From: Chloroflexota bacterium | GTDB lineage: Bacteria > Chloroflexota > UBA6077 | DNA length: 35,836 bases | Direction of reading: 5' to 3' | Assembly: GCA_027372455.1 (NCBI GenBank) | Contig: DAHXJB010000282.1 | Location: 1 to 35,836, forward strand | Shown: positions 1 to 8,487 of the stretch, one piece after another | Position numbering within the stretch: position 1 is the stretch's first letter | Layout: each line of letters opens with the position of its first letter | Program-made: the position numbers and the translations under genes | The notes under the pieces: generated by a model | Database searches by the model: none | What the model was told of the DNA's origin: nothing | The model's input: only the letters and a program-made list of their open reading frames with translations

Positions 1-407
1 GGGTAGTTGTACCACTTGTCCCATACCGAGGAACCGAAAAACCCGGTGACTACCGGCACCTCCAGGGCCGCGGCCGCCTGCGCCACCAGCTTGATCCGCT
101 CCGAGCCGTACCGGACCCGTTCATCGGCACCTTGGACCGGGGTCCAGCCGTCCACGGTCCAATCGTGGGGTCCAAGTACCAGTTGTCCCTCCCGTCCGTC
201 GCTCAGGGCAGAGATCTCCAGGCCGTAGCCCCTCACAAGTCGCAGAAGACTTCTCCCGCCATCGGCTAGCACAGCTTCCACGTTCAGGTGGGGGTTTCCC
301 TTCCATGCCGGTAGCTCCACCATCTCATAGCCGAGCCCGGCCACGAACCGGAGCACATCCTCGAGCGGCTTGTCTTGAAACAGCGCCGTAAAGATGCCCA
401 GCTTCAT
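1..407 (-). CDS. Sugar phosphate isomerase/epimerase (xylose isomerase-like TIM barrel); runs off the window edge
   Basis: Not in the ORF track. Translated by hand from ATG at 407: MKLGIFTALFQDKPLEDVLRFVAGLGYEMVEL...YGLEISALS...LEVPVVTGFFGS. Open to base 1 and directly downstream of a Gfo/Idh/MocA gene, a common pairing. Confidence 0.85.
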   Translation of the reverse strand, partial: MKLGIFTALFQDKPLEDVLRFVAGLGYEMVELPAWKGNPHLNVEAVLADGGRSLLRLVRGYGLEISALSDGREGQLVLGPHDWTVDGWTPVQGADERVRYGSERIKLVAQAAAALEVPVVTGFFGSSVWDKWYNY

Positions 408-454
408 TGGTCCTCTTTCCCCCTCTCCCTGCCCTACGAGTTTTTATCGTCGCC

Positions 455-1639
455 TTACAGCCCTGGCCCGTAGTCGATGCTCACCCTGGAGCCCGTTTCC
501 GCCGAGGCAAGGATGGCGTCGCAGATCACAGCCGCTCGATAGCCATCCTCGAAGGTGGCCCCGTATGGGGCGACCTCCCCGTTCCCGGCGATCGCTTCCA
601 ACAGGTGGGCCATCTCGTGGACGAAGGTATGGTCCCAACCCAGGGGATGCCGCGGCCACCACCGAGCGGCGAATGGATGGTTGGCGCTGTTCACGTGAAT
701 GGTGCGATAGCCCGCCAAACCAGCCTTCTCGTCCTCTCTGAGGTAGAGCTGCAACTCGTTCAGCCGCTCCAGGTTGAACTGCAGGCTCCCTTCCGAGCCA
801 TTGATCTCGAATTCCATCCGGTTCTGACTCCCGGGGCACATCTTTGAGCCCTCCAGCATCCCGGTGGCGCCGTTTTCAAAGAGCAACATCGCCTGGAAAG
901 CGTCGTCGGTGGTCACGGGGGCCGTTCGAGAGGGATCGCCGGTCAGCGGTCTCTCGGCGATGAAGGTCGAGGTGGCACCGGCGACGGAGGCAGGCTCTCC
1001 AACCAGAAAACGGGCAAGGTCGACGATGTGGGAACCCAGATCGCCGATCGCCCCGGAGCCCGCCACGTCCCGGTCCATTCGCCAGGCCATTGGGAAGGAA
1101 GGATCCACAAAGGCGGTGTTCTGGTAGCGCGCTCGGAAGTGGTAGATCCTCCCCAGCCTGCCCTCCTCCATGATCTGCCTGGCCAGCCGAATGGCGGGCA
1201 CGAACCGATAGTTGAACCCGCACATGTGCTTGACCCCCGCGGCGCGCACCGCCTCCAGCATTCGGCGAGCCTCGGTGGCATTGCGTCCCAATGGCTTCTC
1301 GCAGAGGACGTGCTTCCCCGCTCTGGCCGCGGCTATGCATGGCTCCTCGTGGAGGCCGTTGGGACCGGTGTCGTCAAACAGATCGATTCGCTCGTCGGCG
1401 ATCAATTGCTCCCAGTCCTGGTACCAGGAGGAATAGCCGAACCGTCTGGCAAAATCGGTTCCCTTCTCTTCGGACCGAGAGGACACCCCCACCAGCCGCG
1501 GCTCCAGGGGCAGCGGCGAGAAGAATTGGGGGAGGCGGCGGAAGGCGCTGCTGTGGGCGCGCCCCATCGAGCCGTAGCCGAGGAGCCCTATCCCCAGAAT
1601 GCCCTTGCGGGAATCGCGGTCGCGACCAATAGATTCCAA
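455..1639 (-). CDS. Gfo/Idh/MocA family oxidoreductase
   Basis: Rossmann motif GLLGYGSMG, KHVLCEKP, GFNYRF, GAIGDLGSHIVD. The true start may be a few codons downstream. Confidence 0.95.
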   Translation of the reverse strand: MESIGRDRDSRKGILGIGLLGYGSMGRAHSSAFRRLPQFFSPLPLEPRLVGVSSRSEEKGTDFARRFGYSSWYQDWEQLIADERIDLFDDTGPNGLHEEPCIAAARAGKHVLCEKPLGRNATEARRMLEAVRAAGVKHMCGFNYRFVPAIRLARQIMEEGRLGRIYHFRARYQNTAFVDPSFPMAWRMDRDVAGSGAIGDLGSHIVDLARFLVGEPASVAGATSTFIAERPLTGDPSRTAPVTTDDAFQAMLLFENGATGMLEGSKMCPGSQNRMEFEINGSEGSLQFNLERLNELQLYLREDEKAGLAGYRTIHVNSANHPFAARWWPRHPLGWDHTFVHEMAHLLEAIAGNGEVAPYGATFEDGYRAAVICDAILASAETGSRVSIDYGPGL

Positions 1640-1726
1640 ATGTGAGCTCCTTTTGATCGAGATCAGGGATCGCTCGGTGATCGCTGGGTGTTGGAGTACG
1701 CGAACGCGGCGAACCGTGCGGAACGC

Positions 1727-1754
1727 ATTGTCGCTACTTTGTGGAGGATGTCAA
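1727..1754 (-). promoter_or_regulatory. Candidate sigma70 promoter for the oxidoreductase-epimerase operon
   Basis: Minus strand TTGACA-N16-GACAAT. Confidence 0.45.
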
Positions 1755-1812
1755 GAGGCTGGCTCAACGGGCAGACTCGAATACGAAAGGGGCCGGGAGG
1801 AGGATCGAAACG

Positions 1813-2235
1813 CTAGCCCGCAGCCCACCTTCCGCTGCTTCCGAACAGCCGGGCGAAATCCCCGTCGAAATGCTGGAGGAACTGGTGCATCTCCAGAACG
1901 TCGTCCGGCGTCACAGGATCGGAGAGAGTGGGCGCCTCGATCTCAGGATGGGCTTCCTCCTCAAGGGAAGAAACCTTGCCGGGTACGGAAATTCTGGTGA
2001 AGGTGGCGGAGGTGGCGGAGGTCTGACCGTCGCTCTTCAGGAGGGCAGCCACCAGACCCTGAGTATGGCAACGGTCGCATGTGACCGTGAGAAACCACAA
2101 CTCATCCTTGTGGCCAAGGACCTTGATCCTGTCGGGCTCGTAGGTGGAGCCGCAGACGTTACACTTGACGGCTGCCATCAGCCTCCTGACCATCTGCTCC
2201 GGCCGCTCCTGCTCCACACCGATAACCCCGTTCAC
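1813..2235 (-). CDS. Hypothetical protein with CxxC...CxxC (putative zinc-binding)
   Basis: CNVC and CDRC pairs; its start overlaps the stop of the upstream DUF151 gene by 4 nt. Confidence 0.75.
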   Translation of the reverse strand: MNGVIGVEQERPEQMVRRLMAAVKCNVCGSTYEPDRIKVLGHKDELWFLTVTCDRCHTQGLVAALLKSDGQTSATSATFTRISVPGKVSSLEEEAHPEIEAPTLSDPVTPDDVLEMHQFLQHFDGDFARLFGSSGRWAAG

Positions 2236-2801
2236 TTCGGCTCGGAAGGACCTTCCTTACCCTTGCCGAGATCGTCCATATCCAGGGTCTCAATAAACTG
2301 TCGGAAGATGGAGAGCCTCTCGTCATCTATGCCGGGGCCTGACTCCACCTCAGCTTCCCCCTCCAAGAGGGTTTGTTCCTGTTCACCTTCCTCACCCTCC
2401 GTGTCCAGTTTCATCCCCGCCTGATCCAGGACCGACTCGGCGACGTAGATGGGAACTCCGAGTCGAACGGCCAGGGCTATGGCGTCGCTGGGACGCGAAT
2501 CGATCTCCAGGTGGCGCCCATCTGCGTCCAGCACCAGCTTGGCGAAGAAGGTATCATCGGCCAGATCGTTGATGACGACACTCACAACCTGTGCGCCGAG
2601 GGCAGAGATGACCGACCGCAACAGATCGTGGGTCAGGGGACGGCTAACCTGCACATTCTGCAAAGGGATAGCGATGGCGTCGGCCTCAAAATGGCCAATC
2701 CAGATCGGAAGGTAGCGTCCATCTTGCTTTTCCTTGAGCATGACCACCCGTTTGTAGTTGGCCATGTTCACACGGATGCTCTCAACGAAAACCTCGATCA
2801 C
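2232..2801 (-). CDS. Bifunctional nuclease family protein (DUF151/BFN)
   Basis: LPIWIGHFEADAIA, RPLTHDLL and IDSRPSDAIALAVR signature motifs; acidic C-terminal tail. Confidence 0.95.
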   Translation of the reverse strand: MIEVFVESIRVNMANYKRVVMLKEKQDGRYLPIWIGHFEADAIAIPLQNVQVSRPLTHDLLRSVISALGAQVVSVVINDLADDTFFAKLVLDADGRHLEIDSRPSDAIALAVRLGVPIYVAESVLDQAGMKLDTEGEEGEQEQTLLEGEAEVESGPGIDDERLSIFRQFIETLDMDDLGKGKEGPSEPK

Positions 2802-2899
2802 GCCTCTGTCTCCTTTGCCGCTTGTGCGGTTCCCAGGGAGAGATGAACAGGAGATAGCTGAAGTAGTACAGCCAGTACTATTGATATCTCCTGTTGTTC

Positions 2900-2928
2900 A
2901 TTCTACACCGTCACCCCCAATTTCGCAA
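2900..2928 (-). promoter_or_regulatory. Sigma70 promoter for the DUF151 operon
   Basis: Minus strand TTGCGA-N17-TAGAAT. Confidence 0.6.
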
Positions 2929-3005
2929 AACCGAAGGGGCCCTAACCAGGGCCTTCTAGTCTTCCCATGCCAAAGCCACAAAGTGCGCCGCCGAGGCCAC
3001 GGCCG

Positions 3006-3147
3006 TGTCATGCTGAGCATCAGCGAAGCATCTCGTCGCGACTGGAGAGATCCTTCGCTGTCGCTTTCAATGACATCGAGTCCGAGCCGATGTCATTCCA
3101 GGTATCTGGCGGCATCCCGCTGCCGCCTGCCTTGGCTCAGGATGACA
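3006..3147. repeat. REP-like (TGTC-tagged) palindromic repeat cluster, degenerate
   Basis: TGTCATGCTGAGCATCAGCGAAGCATCTC...GAGATCCTTCGCTGTCGCTTTCAATGACA (3006-3075), then TGTCATTCC...GCTCAGGATGACA (3091-3147). Confidence 0.65.
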
Positions 3148-3260
3148 ACTAAGAGGCCCTGGGGCCGTAACATTTCCGAAGGTAGTGCACGAACGGTGCC
3201 ATTTTCGGCCAAGCAAGATCAACGGCCGATCCAGGGATGGGTCCCCCAAGGACAGAGGGC

Positions 3261-3782
3261 TCAGACCCCCGCTGCCTCCGGCTGGTCGGATGCCGCCACC
3301 ACTTCCACCGTCTCCGGCTGCTCGGATACTGCCACAACCCCCGGTGCCGCGGCTGTGGCCTTGGTGGCCCTGAGCTTTCGGATCCTTTGAGCCGGGGTGG
3401 TGGTCTCTGTGAGCGCGGCGGCCCTCTTCATCCTTCGAAACCGCTTCCGGGCGATCACGGCCGGACGCATCGAATAGCCGTTGCGAGGGATCACGGTTTC
3501 AGAACTCGGAGCCTCCTCCACGACCGGAGTGGCCATCGGGCGAGCTTCTTCTGCCACAGCCGGTGAAGTGCTCTGACCTTGTGGCTGGTCAGGTTGGATC
3601 AGCGCATCCAAAGTGAGCTCTCGATTGAACTCCTGGGTTATGCTGTCGGTGGCTCTGCGGAACTCGCGGATCGCCCTGCCGAGACCCTGGCCGATCTCGG
3701 GCAGCTTGCCCGGACCGAAAACGATGAGGGCCAGGACCATGACCAGCAGCAGCTCACCGGGACCCATTCCAAGGAAATTCAT
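3261..3782 (-). CDS. Twin-arginine translocase TatA/TatB family subunit with long C-terminal tail
   Basis: [40 protein letters not shown]. 173 aa with a low-complexity tail, so more TatB-like in length. Confidence 0.9.
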   Translation of the reverse strand: MNFLGMGPGELLLVMVLALIVFGPGKLPEIGQGLGRAIREFRRATDSITQEFNRELTLDALIQPDQPQGQSTSPAVAEEARPMATPVVEEAPSSETVIPRNGYSMRPAVIARKRFRRMKRAAALTETTTPAQRIRKLRATKATAAAPGVVAVSEQPETVEVVAASDQPEAAGV

Positions 3783-3918
3783 GAGATCATCCTTTCCCGC
3801 GCCAATAGTTTCCAGAGGATAACCAGAGCGAAAAGCGATTACTACGTACGCGGATTATAACTCCGGCCAGGGGGATGCACCAGTGCAACGGCAAGAGGGG
3901 ATGCGAATCGAGGTCCCG

Positions 3919-5136
3919 TCACCTCTCCATTGGGATAACTGTACCCTGCTCGATGTGAAACAGATCCGCACGGGCCAGAAACTCGGGTGAAAAGGGATCC
4001 AGGTCGGTAGCGGTGATCAGCGTTTGGCCGGAGCTATCGATGGTCTCCAGCAGCAGACGGCGGCGCGCCTGATCCAGCTCAGACATAACGTCGTCCAGCA
4101 GCAGGATTGGCTGCTCTCCGGTGGCAGCACGCATGTACTCCGTCTCGGACAGCTTGAGCGCCAGGGCCACCGCCCGCTGTTCCCCCCTTGAGCCATACAC
4201 GTTCATGTCGATCCCGTCCGCCAGGAACAACAGTTCGTCCCTGTGTGGGCCCACGAGCGACATCCCCTGCAGCGTCTCGCGTCTACGAAATCCACGGAGT
4301 GCCTCTCGGAACAGCCCCGCCTGCCGCTCCACCTCTTCCTCCAGTGCCGCTGTTGCGTCCAGTGCCCCTGCTGCGGCTGCCGCAACGCTTGAGCGGTAGC
4401 TCAAGGTCAGCCGTTTTCCGCTGCCGGTGAGACGACGATGGTATTCATCAACCCGAGCCTTCAGCCGCTGCACGGTGCGGAGACGGCAAGCCAGCAGGTA
4501 CGACCCGCTCTTGACCATCTCCTCGTTCCAGAACTCCAGGGTTTCGGCCGGCTCACGACCCTCCCGGATCTGCTTGAGCAGATGGTTTCGCTGGGTCAGC
4601 ACCCGATTGTAATGCTGCAGCGCCCGACAGTAGCGTGGGTCCACCTGGCAGTTGGCAATGTCGAGAAAACGGCGGCGCAGGGCCGGCGCGCCGGCGATCA
4701 GCTCGAGATCCTGCGGGGAGAAAGTCACCACGTTGATCAGCCCGATCAGGTCCAGAGCCCGTTTGATCACCCCGTTGACCTTGATCCGCTTTGAGAGCCC
4801 ACCCGGGACGGTCCCGCCGTCGGTCAACACCCCGGATCCTCTCTCCGCCCGATCGGCGCGGATGACGACCTCCACCTTCAGATCGCCGCTTGCCCGGCGG
4901 ACGGTGCCCGCCACGCGAGCAAAGGGGATCGGCTCCTCGGCAGCCCCCCAGTGGATCAACTCCCGATCGGAACCGGCTCGGAGTGGGCGAGTTGTGGCCA
5001 GAAAGTAGACGGCCTCAAGCAGGTTGCTCTTGCCCTGGCCGTTATCCCCTTGGAACAGGACCAGAGGACCGGGCAACTCCAGCTCTAGCTGGCGATAGTT
5101 GCGGAAGTTAGCGAGGGAGAGGTGATGTAGAAACAC
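3919..5136 (-). CDS. recF: DNA replication/repair protein RecF
   Basis: NFRNY, Walker A GDNGQGKSNLLEA, GPHRDEL, GSRGEQR, Walker B LLLDDVMSELD; directly downstream of dnaN. Confidence 0.97.
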   Translation of the reverse strand: MFLHHLSLANFRNYRQLELELPGPLVLFQGDNGQGKSNLLEAVYFLATTRPLRAGSDRELIHWGAAEEPIPFARVAGTVRRASGDLKVEVVIRADRAERGSGVLTDGGTVPGGLSKRIKVNGVIKRALDLIGLINVVTFSPQDLELIAGAPALRRRFLDIANCQVDPRYCRALQHYNRVLTQRNHLLKQIREGREPAETLEFWNEEMVKSGSYLLACRLRTVQRLKARVDEYHRRLTGSGKRLTLSYRSSVAAAAAGALDATAALEEEVERQAGLFREALRGFRRRETLQGMSLVGPHRDELLFLADGIDMNVYGSRGEQRAVALALKLSETEYMRAATGEQPILLLDDVMSELDQARRRLLLETIDSSGQTLITATDLDPFSPEFLARADLFHIEQGTVIPMER

Positions 5137-5151
5137 TCACCCTGCACTTCT

Positions 5152-6291
5152 TTATCGGTTCGTATGCATCGGCATGATGATATGCAGGTATTCTTCGTCC
5201 CCAACCGGCCGGAAGGTGCCCGGGCTGGAGGAGGAGCCAACATCGAGAGACAGCTGAGAACTCTTCTCCAGTGCCTTCAGCAACTCGTCCAGGTAGCGGC
5301 TGTTGAAAGCGATCTGAGGGGGTTGGCCGACTATGGCAGCGTCGATCTCGCCCATGTTGTCGCCTACCTCAGCGCTGGTGGCAGAGAGGATCAGCTTGCC
5401 AGCAGTCATCCCCTCCTCCCCAGGGGTGAACTGTAGCCTCACGATGTTGGAGTTATCCCGGGCGAAAATGGCAGCGGTGCGGTTGGCGTTCAGGAACTCG
5501 CCGGTGCTCACGACCACCTTGTTGGGGCTGGGCGCTGGAATTATCCTCTCGTACGGTGGGAACTGACCTTCGATCAATCGGGACACGAGCTCCACGTTGC
5601 CCAGCCTGAACAGCACCTGGTTGCGGTTCGGCGTGATGGAGACCTCGACCGACTCCTCGCTATCGGCCACGATTCGGCCCAGCTCCCGGAGGGCTCGTGC
5701 CGGGACGATAATGCTCACCTCCTGCTCGACAGGAGCGCCCAGTGGCGAACTCTTGACCGCCATCCGGAAACCGTCGGCGGCTACCAGCGTCATGATGTTA
5801 TCCTTGAAGGTAACCAGCACTCCCGTGAGGACGGGCCGGCTGTCGTCGGTGGCGGCAGCAAAGACCACCTGAGCGATGCTGTCATGAAGCGTTACCGCGT
5901 CGATGAGGATCCTGAAACCATCGCCCGTGGAGGGAAGGGTGGGAAACTCCTCGGCATCGATCCCCCTGATGTTGGCCTCAAACCGGGCGCATCGCAGGTT
6001 GACCGTCCGGGTGCGCTGGGAGAGAGAGAGGTCGATCCGATCGTTGGGCAGGGAGCGGACGAACTCGGCCAGAAGGTTGGCGGGAACGGTGATCGCCCCC
6101 TCTTCCTCAACCTTGGCTCCGATCCAGCAGCTTATAGCCACCTCGAGGTTCGTCGCTGCCAACTTGAGACGCCCTTGATCTGTAGACAGCAGGACGTTGC
6201 TGAGAGCAGGCAGAGTACTCTTGGCAGGAACGGCCCTGCTGACAGTGTTCAGTCCTCTATCGAGGTTCTCTTGAAGACAAGAGAGCTTCAC
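5152..6291 (-). CDS. dnaN: DNA polymerase III beta sliding clamp
   Basis: KLSCLQENL, LAATNLE, SRPVLTGV, AADGFRM, SRLIEGQFPPY, IIMPM. Start moved to GTG 6291, which has GGAGGT upstream; the longer ORF-track start lies inside the IS. Confidence 0.97.
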   Translation of the reverse strand: MKLSCLQENLDRGLNTVSRAVPAKSTLPALSNVLLSTDQGRLKLAATNLEVAISCWIGAKVEEEGAITVPANLLAEFVRSLPNDRIDLSLSQRTRTVNLRCARFEANIRGIDAEEFPTLPSTGDGFRILIDAVTLHDSIAQVVFAAATDDSRPVLTGVLVTFKDNIMTLVAADGFRMAVKSSPLGAPVEQEVSIIVPARALRELGRIVADSEESVEVSITPNRNQVLFRLGNVELVSRLIEGQFPPYERIIPAPSPNKVVVSTGEFLNANRTAAIFARDNSNIVRLQFTPGEEGMTAGKLILSATSAEVGDNMGEIDAAIVGQPPQIAFNSRYLDELLKALEKSSQLSLDVGSSSSPGTFRPVGDEEYLHIIMPMHTNR

Positions 6292-6333
6292 CCGGCCCCA
6301 CCTCCCATAGTTGTACGGCGCAATGGCGGCAGA

Positions 6334-6362
6334 AGTATACCTCAGCCCCCCACCAGCATCAA
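6334..6362 (-). promoter_or_regulatory. Sigma70 promoter for dnaN-recF
   Basis: Minus strand TTGATG-N17-TATACT. Confidence 0.7.
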
Positions 6363-6412
6363 GGGCAGCCCCATTCGGGGCTCTCGACGGTCGTCCACAG
6401 CTATTGGGCGCT

Positions 6413-7933
6413 GACTCGGCTCCAAAGAGTGTTGATGAGTTGGAGGTGGGGGAGGTAGCGTCAAGGAACGGGCTCTGCAACCTCCTGGGTTAGGAAGAAC
6501 CGGGAGGTCACAGAGCCCATGAACATTATCGAGCGCGGCAAGGCTTTCGTCCAGCACCTGCGGGAGTTGGCCAACCGGTCGGCGTGGGACTGGCGGCGCT
6601 GCCCCCGTTGTGGGAGCACAGAGACCAGCAAGAACGGTGGGCGCAAGGTGCATCCCTGGACGTTTGAGGGGCGGCAGGAGGTCCGCATCCAGCGCCACTG
6701 GTGCTACGGATGCCGCCACAGCTACTCGGAGGAGCCGGCCTTCCTGGTGCGGGGGAGTTGGTATGCCAGGGAGGTGCACCGCTTCGCCGTGGACCACTGG
6801 CAGCATGTGGGCAGTTCGTTGCGACGGACGGTGGAGATAGTGCGCTCTATCTTGGGCAAACAGGAGCGATGGCAGATCTGGCGGATCTTCTCGACGGAGC
6901 CGGAAGACAAGGAGAGGTGCCATCTGAGCCATAGCACCCTCCACCGGTGGCTGGACAAGGCCGGTACCCAGGCCAGGAAGACGGTGCCGGGGCAGTTGGA
7001 GGGAGTAGCGACTTCTGGGCAGGTGGGGACCGACGGGTTGTGGGCGCGGCTACTCAAGCGGGAGAAGAAGGTGGTACTGGCCCTGGTCGATATGGTGACT
7101 GGGGTGATCTGGCCACCGGTGGTGGTGAACGAGGAAGATAGCGAGCTCTCCTGGGGCCGGGTGTTTCGGCGAGCGAGGCTGGCTGGGTTGGACCCGGACC
7201 AGTTGCAGGGGGTGGTCAGCGACGGGGCCAAGGGGTTGATCGGTTACCTGGGACGGGTGCTCGGTTGGGTGAATCACCAGCGGTGCCAGTTCCACATATG
7301 GCGGAACCTGAGCTCGGAGTTGGCCTCTCGGGTGAACGAAGCGGCGAGGGGGTTGTCGGGGGCGGCGGCCAAGGCGGCCAAGAAGAAGATACGGGCGAAG
7401 TTGGCCGCCCTGGTCAGGGGGGTGTTGGATGCTCCTAGCTATGGGGAAGCGGAGGCGGCGCTGGCGAAGCTGAAGGCGCATCAGCTTGGGGGGAAGCTGG
7501 CGACACTTCTGGAAGAGCATCTGGATGCGGCGATGGTCTATCTCTTGGACTTCAACCGAGGGTTGGTGCGGGTCAGTCCCGAGTGGTACTGGCGGGACTT
7601 CCGCCTCAGACTGAGCCGAGGGCGGAACCACAGGTCGGACGAGCGGCTGGAGCGTGCGGCCTGTCTGTGGGCGATCTACCGGGACTTCGAGCCAGCCCAA
7701 AGGAGGAGCGAGCGCAAGAGACGCTATCGGCACCCGGGCATGAGCCCCCTTGCCGTTGCGGGTGCCCCACCAGGAGAGATCAGCTACCTGGACGCCCTGG
7801 CCGTCTAAAGAACGGCCCAGGGCAGGGCCGAAGCTGCCCCAAAAGGGGCAGCCAGGGAGACATACCTTCCCGACCGCCGACCAACCAGCATCAACACTGC
7901 GCCAAACTCGCCAACACAGCATGGAACCGAGTC
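6413..7933 (+). mobile_element. Insertion sequence, IS256/Mutator-like DDE superfamily, 1521 bp
   Basis: Ends GACTCGGCTCCAAAGAGTGTTGATGAGTTGG and CAAACTCGCCAACACAGCATGGAACCGAGTC (23/31 inverted match, terminal 7 bp perfect). 8-bp direct repeat TGGGCGCT at 6405-6412 and 7934-7941. Confidence 0.92.
6519..7808 (+). CDS. DDE transposase with N-terminal zinc ribbon
   Basis: CPRCGS..KNG..QRHWCYGC; candidate catalytic GTDG, VSDG and SPEWYWR; Mutator/IS256-type CxxH motif HQRCQFHIWRN; RBS GGGAGGT. Confidence 0.9.
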   Translation: MNIIERGKAFVQHLRELANRSAWDWRRCPRCGSTETSKNGGRKVHPWTFEGRQEVRIQRHWCYGCRHSYSEEPAFLVRGSWYAREVHRFAVDHWQHVGSSLRRTVEIVRSILGKQERWQIWRIFSTEPEDKERCHLSHSTLHRWLDKAGTQARKTVPGQLEGVATSGQVGTDGLWARLLKREKKVVLALVDMVTGVIWPPVVVNEEDSELSWGRVFRRARLAGLDPDQLQGVVSDGAKGLIGYLGRVLGWVNHQRCQFHIWRNLSSELASRVNEAARGLSGAAAKAAKKKIRAKLAALVRGVLDAPSYGEAEAALAKLKAHQLGGKLATLLEEHLDAAMVYLLDFNRGLVRVSPEWYWRDFRLRLSRGRNHRSDERLERAACLWAIYRDFEPAQRRSERKRRYRHPGMSPLAVAGAPPGEISYLDALAV

Positions 7934-7968
7934 TGGGCGCTCAGTTCGTACCGGCTTGGGGCAACCTC

Positions 7969-7977
7969 TGGTATAAT
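7969..7977 (+). promoter_or_regulatory. Extended -10 promoter for the rplI-dnaB operon
   Basis: TGGTATAAT about 45 nt before rplI; no clear -35. Confidence 0.6.
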
Positions 7978-8020
7978 CCCCTCACAAGGTTGGTGAAGTT
8001 GCATCCCAAGGAGAAACCCC

Positions 8021-8476
8021 ATGAAGGTTCTGCTCTTACAAGACGTCAAAGGGGTGGGTGATGCCGGCCAGATCAAAGAGGTCGCCGAGGGCTACGCCCG
8101 CAACTACCTGATCCCCAAGAAACTGGCGACCGCCGCCACCCCAGCCGCCCTCAAGGAGCACGAGCAGCGGCAGGCAGCCGAGAGGAAGCGACAGGCGGCG
8201 GTCGATAATGAGATGCGCGGTCTGGGCAAGAAGATCTCTGAGACTGCAGTCACCGTGCGCTCCAAAGTTGGTGAGGGCGGCAAGCTGTACGGCTCTATCA
8301 CTACCGGTGACGTGGCAGAGGCACTGGAGAAGCAGCTTGGACAGGCCGTGGACAGGCGAAAGATAGAGATCGAGGAGCCAATCCGGCACATCGGCGAGTA
8401 CAAGGTACCCGTCAAGCTCTCCAAGAACGTCAGCTCCACCGTCACCGTGATCGTCGAGGGCGAGGAAGGCGAGTAA
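8021..8476 (+). CDS. rplI: 50S ribosomal protein L9
   Basis: [43 protein letters not shown]. Confidence 0.98.
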   Translation: MKVLLLQDVKGVGDAGQIKEVAEGYARNYLIPKKLATAATPAALKEHEQRQAAERKRQAAVDNEMRGLGKKISETAVTVRSKVGEGGKLYGSITTGDVAEALEKQLGQAVDRRKIEIEEPIRHIGEYKVPVKLSKNVSSTVTVIVEGEEGE

Positions 8477-8487
8477 TCGAGGACTGA

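Noticed and set aside
6292..6480. 63-aa N-terminal extension of DnaN in the ORF track
   Set aside because: It starts inside the IS and crosses the dnaN promoter; a good SD precedes GTG 6291.
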